Part shown: in pieces, positions 48,690 to 57,298 of the stretch
How positions within the stretch are numbered: position 1 is the first letter of the stretch
Layout of the letters: every line of letters starts with the position of its first letter
Assembly: GCA_900317505.1 (NCBI GenBank)
Contig: ONHB01000015.1
Coordinates: forward strand, 15,831-79,830
DNA: 64,000 nucleotides
Source of the DNA: an uncultured Lachnospiraceae bacterium
GTDB taxonomy: Bacteria > Bacillota > Clostridia > Lachnospirales > Lachnospiraceae
Direction of reading: 5' to 3'
Notes under the pieces: model-generated
The model's input: the letters and a program-made list of their open reading frames with translations, nothing else
What the model was told of the DNA's origin: nothing
Database searches by the model: none
Position numbers and translations under genes: made by a program

Positions 48690-51600
48690 ATGGCAGAAAG
48701 TACAGAATTAATGACGATAGATAATATTAGTAATCGAGTTTATGTCATAAGAGGCCAGCAAGTGATGCTGGATTATGATTTGGCTGGACTCTATGGCTAT
48801 GAAGTGAAGGCACTAAATCAGCAGGTAAAAAGAAATATTGATAGATTTCCAGAAGATTTTATGTTTCAACTAAAAAAAGAAGAAGTGCCAACGGAGTTTT
48901 CAAAGTCACAATTTGTGACTTTGAATGAAAATGGAGATAAAAGGGGCACTAATATAAAGAAAATGCCTTACGCATTCACGGAGCAAGGAATCTATATGCT
49001 CGCCACTGTTCTAAGAGGAAAACTTGCGGAACAACAAAGTATATTCATTATGCGTGCATTTCGTGAGATGCGTCATTATATAAAACAGAATCAACAGTTT
49101 GTTACACAGTCGGAGATGCGGCTTGTTACTGCAAAAGTATCGGAGATATCAGCACAGGTTGCCGGTGTTGTAGATTGGAAGAATAAAGCAGAAGAAAAAT
49201 TTGATGGTATTCAGAGAAGTATAGATTTACTGAATGAAAACTTTGTTTCAGAGAAGGATTTCAAAAATTTTGTAATCTATAAAGGGCAGAAATTTGAAGC
49301 GGATGCTGCATACATAGATATATATCAGCAGGCAGAAAAGAGCATTTATGTAATAGATGATTATGTGAATACAAAGACTTTACAACTTTTATCACAGAAG
49401 CAAGTTGGTGTAGAAGTCGTTTTATTTACAGAAAACGGTCATGGAAAAAGAGGTTTTTTGACAACAGCGGTGGTAAATGACTTTATGCAAGAATATCCTT
49501 CGTTGCGGATTAAGCCCAATGCAGATTGTCATGACAGGTTGATCGTTCTTGATTATGGTTTGTCTACAGAGCAGGTATATCATTGTGGTGCATCCAGTAA
49601 GGACGCAGGAAAGAAACTTTGTGCTATAAATATAATACTAGAAACAAGTATGATTCATCCGGTAATGCATGATTATGCAATTACAGCCATTGAGGATCTG
49701 GATAAAGACGTGAAATATCAGGTGCTGTCTTATAAAGCCTTGGAAAGCGATGTCATATTCCCGGACAGTCTGGAAGTGACGGCAGAGTATACCACTTATG
49801 AGCAGGTATCTGAAAATGGATTCACAGAAAATACCGTATCTGATAATACCAAAATAAAAACAGAAACAAAAAATATTACTATAAATGATATTACATGGAA
49901 ACTGGATAAGGATCAGAGCGATTTTGACGTTTTTACCAGCAGTGAAGAAGAGCTGGAGGATTGCGGCGGTGCATATTTTGTCTATACAGCCGATATTCCC
50001 AAAAAGGATAAAGACGGCAATACCTATACGCTGGCAGAAGGAATTGCACTGCCTGAAATTGAAGTAATGGTAGGTGATGCCACTGCCGGAATCATGACCC
50101 TGTCAAGTGGTGAAATGCTGGATGTTTCCGATTTGGAAACCCGTAGCATCTCCTTTGGTTTTGGCTATTCTGACTATATTGTCATTGATTCGGAAAATGT
50201 CAGTGATTTTGACGGAAAGACTCTGACAGGAACCACCACAAATGGTATTTTCATCAGCGATGGTGTGACTGTTAATCTGACAATTGAGGACTTGAATATC
50301 ACGAAGTCTGAGGACATCAGCTCCTGCATCAGTGTCGGCTATGATGCTACGCTGAATCTTACTGTAAAGGGAAATAATACTCTGACGGCTACCGGTTGGG
50401 GCGGAGCAGGCATTGAGGTTATGGGACAGCATAAAGCGACTCTGCGGATTACCTCAGATAGTACAGGCACACTTACCGCTAATGGCGGTTATGGAAGTAA
50501 ACAATATGGCAACTTTGGTGGTGCCGGAATCGGTGGTATGGCCAGAATCGCCACTGATATTAATCAGATATATGTTGGTAATATCATCATCGAGGGAGGT
50601 ACGATCAATGCTACCGGTGGTTATCAGGCAGCCGGTATTGGTGGAACGATAGGTGCAAGTGGAGGAAATATTACAATCACCGGAGGTACAGTCACTGCTA
50701 CGGGCGATTCGGGTGGTGCCGGAATCGGTGGAGGCTTCAATGGTAATGTAGATTCCATTACCATAAGTGGTGGTATTGTTACGGCCAATGCAGGCGATCA
50801 TGCTGCTGCGATTGGTGCAGGCAAGGATACATCATTGGATCAGGCTTATGTACTTCCTTTTAATACCATCAGGATAACCGGTGGTACTGTAACCGCCAAC
50901 GGGAATATCGGCTATGGAAAAATTGTATATAGAGATACTCCTGCCGATCCGGGTACGATTGAGATTTCAGAAGATGTTAATTTTACGCTGAACGGTGAGA
51001 TTACATTAGGAAGCAGTGATACCACCAGTTCCGGAAAGTATACGCTTCATTTCACAATCCATGATGGCAGATTAACGAAGGACACGACTGCAAAAATCAC
51101 ATATAGCGATGATAACAAGATAATAACGGATAATGCCCGTGTTTCACTTTTGCAAAATGGTAAGGCAGAGGGAAGTGCCAGCTTTATTACCACGAGCAGT
51201 CTGGCAGGGGAACAGACCTTTATCTTTACGATAGATGGCCGGACCTATACAAAGACAGTAACTATTGATAACAGCTCATCAAAGATCGATATGGAGATTG
51301 GTACACCGCTTTATCCGGTGACGCTGGAGTTTTATGGTGCAGCAATCAGTGAGGATTTGGACATTTCTTCTATTACTGTAAAGCAGGACGGAAAAGAGCT
51401 TTCAGCAGATAATGGGGAGTTTTATGCTCCTTTGGCTATCAGTTATAACCGGTATGGCTATGGTATAATGCTCTGTTATCTTCCCCAAAACAGTGACAGT
51501 ACTGAGATTTCTGTGACAGCTGTCGGTTTAAATGATGGGAATGCTATGACTGTGTCCGATCAGACTGTTTCTGCAGACAGTGATAATACCATTACCATGT

Positions 51601-54600
51601 TTACAACAACGGATATTCTGCTTGCAGTCACGGCAGAGGTGTATGGCGATTCTGCGATTATTCACGCGGAGACAAATAAGAAAGATAAAAGTCTTTGTCT
51701 TCATTATACATCTAGTGATGTTCCGATTACTACCGTAGAAGAATTTAAAAATATAAAAGCATCCGATAGAAAAAATGCAGATATCAGCAATGGTTCGGTG
51801 GATATCACGATTGACAATTTAGAGGAAAACAAAACCTACGAGTATTACTTTATGGTGAGCCCGATAACTTTTCTTAATGATAAGTCATCCAACATCGTCC
51901 ACCTGACTCTTACAACGTCGGCGGTAGCAGAAGTGATAAAGACAGATGGAACAAGTGAAAAATACACGACCTTTGATGCTGCAGTCGAGGCAGCAGCAAA
52001 TGAGACAGGTTGTACCGTGAAGCTTATAAAGGATGCAAAAACATCCGGCGGTGTGGTTTTAAATGGAGATTTTACACTTGATTTAAATGGGAAGACCCTT
52101 AAAACAACATCAGAATATCAGTATTATACCCTTGAAATAAAAGGAAAAATAACAATCAAGGATAGTGCCGGTGGAGGCAAAATTACAGGTTTTACGATTG
52201 ATGGTCTGATACATGGCTCAGAAGGCGCAAGCCTTACAATCCTTAGTGGAATCTTTGAATATACAGGTACTGTTACTTCGGCACCGGCCCCATTGTGCTG
52301 GGGCGATAAGGCTGATTTATCTGTGCAGGGAGGGATGTTTAAAAGCACTAAGTATTCCATGGAAATATTGGATCTGTCACAGGATGAGTTAAGTGCCAGC
52401 AGGATTGGACTATCTGGAGGACGTTTTTGCAATGGTATATTACAAAGCACCAATGGCTATGCAACCGCAGGCCAGCTTTTATCCCCCGGTTATGCTTATC
52501 AATATATGTCCGGTGACAATGCTGGAAAGCTGACAACCGGAGATATAAGTAAGACAGATGATGTAGAGATTGTACCGGCCAGCCTGCAGGGAAGCCTGAT
52601 TGCTACAGCAGATACTGTTTCTGTCGGAGACACAATAACTGCCACATTTGCAGTTGATACCGGTAAATGGGTAAACAGCAGTGCAATCGGAAATTATACC
52701 TATACATGGTATCGCGTAGGTGAAAATGAGGATACTGTCATTCAGACAAAAGCTGCTACCACTGATACAACCGATACTTACAAGCTTACGGAGGATGACA
52801 TTCACAGTCAGATTTACTGTGTCGTCACAGCAGAAAAATGTGGCGGTAATGTAACATCCAATGAGATAACAGTGCCCGGACTGTCTATCAGTGAGGCGAA
52901 GGTTACACTTTCTGAGGAGAACCTTTCTTATAATGGAAAGGAACAGACTCCGACCGTCAATGTGGAGTTAAACGGAAAAACATTGACGGAAGATAATGAT
53001 TATAAGGTTACCTATATCAATAACAAAAATATCGGTACCGCGACCGTATATATTACAGGAAATGGCAAGTATGAGGGAGCAGTTTCCAAAGAATTTACCA
53101 TTACAAAGAGAAGTGTGACGGTATCCGGTATCACAGCGCGGGAGAAAATCTACGATGGCACATCCAAAGCTAAACTGAATTTTGACCAGATGAAGCTTGA
53201 TGGTGTGTTAGCCGGTGATAACCTGACTGTGAGCGCCGAAGGAACATTTTCCGATGCGGATGCAGGAGAGAATAAGACGGTTACAATTACCGGTCTGACT
53301 CTTAGTGGTACAGATATGGAAAATTATATGCTGGCGGAGAGCGGACAGCAGACTACTACCAGCGCTACGATCAGGCAAAAGTCTGTCATATTGGAATGGA
53401 GCGACAATACTGCCTTTACTTATAATGGCAGCAAGCAGAGTGTGACCGCTACGGTAAGCAATGCAGTTGGAAACGATAGCTTTGCACTTTTATATGAGAA
53501 TAATGGCACGATCAAAAATACGGCAACAGAAGTTGGCAACTACACGGCAAAGGTCATTTCGCTCGGCAATGACAACTATATTCTTGATGGAGCAACCGAC
53601 ATTTCGAAGGAATGGTCTATCAGTTATGTGACAGCAGACGATGCCACACTTTCCGGAACAAAGGGAGATAATGGCTGGTATACAGGAGCAGTTACCCTGA
53701 CAGCTCCGGCTGGTTATACCATTTCAAATGATAAAAACACCTGGCAGGATACCTTAACGATAAATGTGGAGGGAACGTCGACTGTCAGATATTACCTGAA
53801 AGATAAAAATGGCGGCATTACGGATGCAAAGATGGTGGAAATAAGGATTGATTCGGTTAATCCGACCGGAGAGATCAAGATAAAAGATAACAGCTTTAGA
53901 AGCTTATTAAATACCATCACCTTTGGATATTTCTTCAAGGAAACAGTCAGTGTGAGCATCACGGGAGCAGACAAGACCAGTGGTGTGGGTACCATCGAAT
54001 ATCAAAAGACAGCTGGAACAGATAGCTATGATGCAAATGGAACATGGATCGATGGCAGTAGCTTTACTGTAGCACCAAGCGAAAAATTCACTGTTTATGC
54101 CCGGATCACGGACAATGCCGGCAATCGGACGATCATCAATTCCGAGGGCGTTGTGGTATATGAGGATGTGGCAGCTGCTTCAAGTACAAGCTTTACCAAA
54201 ACCTCTACAAAAGATCTGGATGCAGGTCTTACCCTGAATGGAAATACAGTAGCCGATATCATAAAAGATGGAGCCAGTCTTGCAGCAGGCAGTTATACCG
54301 TAGCGGATGACAGACTGATATTTAAGGCTGACTATCTGAATACGCTTGCGGCAGGAACCTATACAATGACTGTCTCTTACAATCCGCTTGGAGAGATTTA
54401 TGAAAACGGTACCAGCGCAGGTGATGCACCGCAGACGAGTGTCATTACGCTGACCGTAAAAAAAGCAGATCTGACAGTTTCCGCTGTCCCGGTAACAACA
54501 TCTGCCACATACAGCCCTTCTGCATCATTGGATAATAACTTTACCCTGACGGGAGGAAGTGTGAAAGCAGCTGTAGACGGTGTGGAAAAAACGGTGGAAG

Positions 54601-56126
54601 GAATCTGGAGCTGGCAGGATGGTGATCTTACTCCGACAGTACGAAATGATGGCTATACGGCAGTATTTACCCCGGCAGACAGTGCAAACTTTAATAGCGT
54701 GACAGCAACCGTTTCTGTGACCATTACAAAGGCTGTTCCGGTTATTATAGAAGTGCCGAAAGCTTCGGAGATCACCTATGGACAGCCCCTTTCCGACAGT
54801 ATATTATCCGGAGGAAGAGCTGATATAGAAGGAAGATTTCAATGGCAGGACGAAAATAAGAGACCAACTTATTTATATGATAGTGAAAGAACAGAATTTA
54901 TCATTGTTTTTTATCCCACGGATCTGATAAATTATGAAACAGCTACCTGTAAGACGGTGGTAAAAGTAAATCAGGCCGAGAATGCACCTCTCATGCCGGC
55001 AAATAGTATGATCGCAGATCATAATGCAACGACCGTAGGAGAGGTTACGCTACCGGAGTGCTGGATCTGGAGCAGTGAGGATGCCGGAAAAACTCTGAAT
55101 GCCGGAGAAACTGTGACGGCGACAGCTATCTTTAATCTGTATAATAAGGGAAATTATAAAAATGAGACTGTACAGGTCAGCATTACAAGGCCTGCACATA
55201 TTCTGATGGCAATAACCAAAAAAGATGCAATCTGTACGGAAAATGGAAATACCGCATACTGGACATGTGCATTGTGTGGCAGATATTTCTCAGATGAAAA
55301 CGGAACGACAGAGACTCCAACTGGTAGCTGGATCATTCCTGCTACCGGTCATACTCTTTACAAGGAACCGGTTGCTTATATACAGCCGGATGCCCAAAAG
55401 AATGGGTCCGTTACCTATCAATGTCAGGTATGTGATGAAACCATATCCATTGAGATTCCGGCCACTACAATCATTGTTCCTGACACCTTGGAACAGCTGA
55501 CCGATGTAGGCTTGTCCGTTTCTGGCTGGACTTGGGAGACACAGGAAAAATTGCTTCCGGGAACCATTGTTACAGCAATCGCTACTTATAAGGTAACAGA
55601 GGATCTTACCATTACAGATACGATTCAGATCAAGGTGTCCTGCTCTGCAACAAATGGCAGCTATCAGCTTGGTTCAAATGATGCAGCCACTATCCGTTGC
55701 ACCGGTGTATTAAGTGCATTCCATGGTCTTTTGGTAGATGGAAAACCTTTGACACAGGGACAGGAATATACAGCAGCTTCCGGTTCCACGATCATTACGT
55801 TTACTGCGGATTATCTCAATACGTTGTCAGCCGGAAAGCATACAGTGGTTATGACCTATGCTTCCGGTGATGTGGAGGCAGAGCTTCTGATCACGAAAGC
55901 AGGTGATGTGCCAAAGAATGATGAAACAAAGAACGATGAAACAAAGATAGAGCCACAGCCTGATAACACGGGATCGGCCAGTGCAACAGGGGAAACGACA
56001 TCTTCTGGTAACGGAGCATTACCGGCAACGGGAGATGATACCCCGGTACTTTTATGGCTCTTGCTGTTTACAGCTTCGGTGGGAATGTTGATCGTAGTAA
56101 TCAGAAAATATAAAAATATAAAATAG
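48690..56126 (+). CDS. 2478-aa ORF in which an N-terminal ORF6N/PLD-like module (paralog 3, ~330 aa) is fused in frame to a giant cell-surface protein with GGAGIGG repeats, MBG/YDG-type repeat domains, a Cys-containing module and a C-terminal LPATG sortase anchor
   Basis: The N-terminus IRGQQVMLDYDLAGLYGYEVKALNQQVKRNIDRFPEDFMFQL...CHDRLIVLDYG...CGASSKDAGKK matches the other two paralogs. The remaining ~2100 aa are typical of Gram-positive surface proteins (YNGKEQTPTV..., KIYDGTSKA...) and end with LPATG, a hydrophobic stretch and KYKNIK. I found no signal peptide at the N-terminus or at the junction. Confidence 0.75.
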   Translation: MAESTELMTIDNISNRVYVIRGQQVMLDYDLAGLYGYEVKALNQQVKRNIDRFPEDFMFQLKKEEVPTEFSKSQFVTLNENGDKRGTNIKKMPYAFTEQGIYMLATVLRGKLAEQQSIFIMRAFREMRHYIKQNQQFVTQSEMRLVTAKVSEISAQVAGVVDWKNKAEEKFDGIQRSIDLLNENFVSEKDFKNFVIYKGQKFEADAAYIDIYQQAEKSIYVIDDYVNTKTLQLLSQKQVGVEVVLFTENGHGKRGFLTTAVVNDFMQEYPSLRIKPNADCHDRLIVLDYGLSTEQVYHCGASSKDAGKKLCAINIILETSMIHPVMHDYAITAIEDLDKDVKYQVLSYKALESDVIFPDSLEVTAEYTTYEQVSENGFTENTVSDNTKIKTETKNITINDITWKLDKDQSDFDVFTSSEEELEDCGGAYFVYTADIPKKDKDGNTYTLAEGIALPEIEVMVGDATAGIMTLSSGEMLDVSDLETRSISFGFGYSDYIVIDSENVSDFDGKTLTGTTTNGIFISDGVTVNLTIEDLNITKSEDISSCISVGYDATLNLTVKGNNTLTATGWGGAGIEVMGQHKATLRITSDSTGTLTANGGYGSKQYGNFGGAGIGGMARIATDINQIYVGNIIIEGGTINATGGYQAAGIGGTIGASGGNITITGGTVTATGDSGGAGIGGGFNGNVDSITISGGIVTANAGDHAAAIGAGKDTSLDQAYVLPFNTIRITGGTVTANGNIGYGKIVYRDTPADPGTIEISEDVNFTLNGEITLGSSDTTSSGKYTLHFTIHDGRLTKDTTAKITYSDDNKIITDNARVSLLQNGKAEGSASFITTSSLAGEQTFIFTIDGRTYTKTVTIDNSSSKIDMEIGTPLYPVTLEFYGAAISEDLDISSITVKQDGKELSADNGEFYAPLAISYNRYGYGIMLCYLPQNSDSTEISVTAVGLNDGNAMTVSDQTVSADSDNTITMFTTTDILLAVTAEVYGDSAIIHAETNKKDKSLCLHYTSSDVPITTVEEFKNIKASDRKNADISNGSVDITIDNLEENKTYEYYFMVSPITFLNDKSSNIVHLTLTTSAVAEVIKTDGTSEKYTTFDAAVEAAANETGCTVKLIKDAKTSGGVVLNGDFTLDLNGKTLKTTSEYQYYTLEIKGKITIKDSAGGGKITGFTIDGLIHGSEGASLTILSGIFEYTGTVTSAPAPLCWGDKADLSVQGGMFKSTKYSMEILDLSQDELSASRIGLSGGRFCNGILQSTNGYATAGQLLSPGYAYQYMSGDNAGKLTTGDISKTDDVEIVPASLQGSLIATADTVSVGDTITATFAVDTGKWVNSSAIGNYTYTWYRVGENEDTVIQTKAATTDTTDTYKLTEDDIHSQIYCVVTAEKCGGNVTSNEITVPGLSISEAKVTLSEENLSYNGKEQTPTVNVELNGKTLTEDNDYKVTYINNKNIGTATVYITGNGKYEGAVSKEFTITKRSVTVSGITAREKIYDGTSKAKLNFDQMKLDGVLAGDNLTVSAEGTFSDADAGENKTVTITGLTLSGTDMENYMLAESGQQTTTSATIRQKSVILEWSDNTAFTYNGSKQSVTATVSNAVGNDSFALLYENNGTIKNTATEVGNYTAKVISLGNDNYILDGATDISKEWSISYVTADDATLSGTKGDNGWYTGAVTLTAPAGYTISNDKNTWQDTLTINVEGTSTVRYYLKDKNGGITDAKMVEIRIDSVNPTGEIKIKDNSFRSLLNTITFGYFFKETVSVSITGADKTSGVGTIEYQKTAGTDSYDANGTWIDGSSFTVAPSEKFTVYARITDNAGNRTIINSEGVVVYEDVAAASSTSFTKTSTKDLDAGLTLNGNTVADIIKDGASLAAGSYTVADDRLIFKADYLNTLAAGTYTMTVSYNPLGEIYENGTSAGDAPQTSVITLTVKKADLTVSAVPVTTSATYSPSASLDNNFTLTGGSVKAAVDGVEKTVEGIWSWQDGDLTPTVRNDGYTAVFTPADSANFNSVTATVSVTITKAVPVIIEVPKASEITYGQPLSDSILSGGRADIEGRFQWQDENKRPTYLYDSERTEFIIVFYPTDLINYETATCKTVVKVNQAENAPLMPANSMIADHNATTVGEVTLPECWIWSSEDAGKTLNAGETVTATAIFNLYNKGNYKNETVQVSITRPAHILMAITKKDAICTENGNTAYWTCALCGRYFSDENGTTETPTGSWIIPATGHTLYKEPVAYIQPDAQKNGSVTYQCQVCDETISIEIPATTIIVPDTLEQLTDVGLSVSGWTWETQEKLLPGTIVTAIATYKVTEDLTITDTIQIKVSCSATNGSYQLGSNDAATIRCTGVLSAFHGLLVDGKPLTQGQEYTAASGSTIITFTADYLNTLSAGKHTVVMTYASGDVEAELLITKAGDVPKNDETKNDETKIEPQPDNTGSASATGETTSSGNGALPATGDDTPVLLWLLLFTASVGMLIVVIRKYKNIK
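56019..56033 (+). other. LPXTG sortase recognition motif (LPATG), followed by a TM segment and a basic tail
   Basis: Read in frame: tta ccg gca acg gga. Confidence 0.8.
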
Positions 56127-56146
56127 ACATAAATCAGAAACCAATC

Positions 56147-56190
56147 AGTAGTAAAAGGAGCCGTTCTCTTATGGAATGGCTCTTTTTTAT
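56147..56190 (+). terminator. rho-independent terminator after the giant gene
   Basis: The hairpin ggagccgttc..gaatggctc followed by ttttttatg. Confidence 0.5.
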
Positions 56191-56305
56191 GTCCAAATGG
56201 ATTACCGATGTCTATTTGGGGATGGATAAAGACGAAATCACATGATATGATATCACATAGTTAGATAAATCTAACATAAATTAGCATAGGCGGAAAGGAT
56301 TGACT

Positions 56306-57298
56306 ATGGATTTAAATGTAAATGATATTGCAAGTCTCGGAAGCAATGTAAAGACAATGATAAAAAGCGAGAATTGCTCTGCCCTCATGCTGAATGACGC
56401 CACGGGAGAGGGCGTCATGACCATATACAGCGTCATGCCGGGAGTTATGATCTGTTTTTCGGATATGCACATGGAAAAATGTGCCTCGGAATTTGAACTG
56501 AAAAATGATAAAAAGGTTTTCTGTATCGATCACTGCCGGGAAGGGCGCATCGAAATGGAAGTGCAGCCCGGAGTATTCAGTGTCATGCAGGAAAATGAAT
56601 TGCGGCTGGATAACCGGGAAAATCATAAAGGAAAAACCTATTATCCGTTAAAACACTACCATGGGGTGAGTGTTTTTATGGAAGTTGAAGAGGTTCAGCA
56701 GGCTCTTGATGAGATGTTCCGTGGATTTTCCGTATCGGTAGATGAGCTCAGGAGCCGGTATTGTACACAGGATAAGCCCTATGTGATCCGTGGTGATGAA
56801 GGACTTAGCCAGATCCTCTCCAGTTTTTATCAGAAAAATATGGGACGGCCGGAGCTGACAGAAGCAAAGGAATATTATCAGATAAAGGTCGTGGAATTAC
56901 TTCTTTATTTAAAGATGATAACGGTGGAGAGCAGCAAAGAGGTCAGGCCCTATTATTACAAGACCCAGATGGAAAAGATCAAAGCAATCCATGCACAGAT
57001 TACGGGTGATCTGCAGAAGCGGTTTACGATAGAAGAACTGGCAGCCATGTATGAGATTTCGCCTACCACGATGAAGAACTGCTTCAAGGATGTATATGGG
57101 GATTCGATTTATTCCTATCAGAAAAGATATCGGATCAATCTGGCGGCCAATATGCTTTTGCAGGATAAAAACAGGGAAATACAGGAGATCGCGATCAGTG
57201 TCGGATATGAAAATCCGGGAAAGTTTTCGGCAGCCTTCCGAAGCGTGATGAGCGTGTCTCCGGCAGAATATAGAATCAGGAAAGAAGGAATCAGGTAA
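56306..57298 (+). CDS. AraC-family transcriptional regulator (C-terminal HTH)
   Basis: C-terminal HTH_AraC (ELAAMYEISPTTMKNCFKDVYGDSIYSYQKRYRINLAANML). Its stop overlaps the start of the downstream ABC gene (TAATG). Confidence 0.8.
   Translation: MDLNVNDIASLGSNVKTMIKSENCSALMLNDATGEGVMTIYSVMPGVMICFSDMHMEKCASEFELKNDKKVFCIDHCREGRIEMEVQPGVFSVMQENELRLDNRENHKGKTYYPLKHYHGVSVFMEVEEVQQALDEMFRGFSVSVDELRSRYCTQDKPYVIRGDEGLSQILSSFYQKNMGRPELTEAKEYYQIKVVELLLYLKMITVESSKEVRPYYYKTQMEKIKAIHAQITGDLQKRFTIEELAAMYEISPTTMKNCFKDVYGDSIYSYQKRYRINLAANMLLQDKNREIQEIAISVGYENPGKFSAAFRSVMSVSPAEYRIRKEGIR

Larger units (their letters stand above)
39600..56200. mobile_element. putative integrated mobilizable element or genomic island (serine-recombinase type, probably degenerate); its limits are approximate
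   Basis: GC is low relative to the flanks, with the lowest values around 40-49 kb. The content is XRE repressor-like genes, a MobC-like protein, a large serine recombinase, Fic, ORF6N-domain genes and a giant surface protein. I could not identify att repeats by eye. Confidence 0.45.

Noticed and set aside
49640-49700. Search for an internal start plus signal peptide for the surface-protein half of the 2478-aa ORF.
   Set aside because: None found. Residues around the junction (ETSMIHPVMHDYAITAIEDLDKDVKYQ) are hydrophilic, and no Met followed by a hydrophobic core occurs within several hundred residues. I reported this as a finding.
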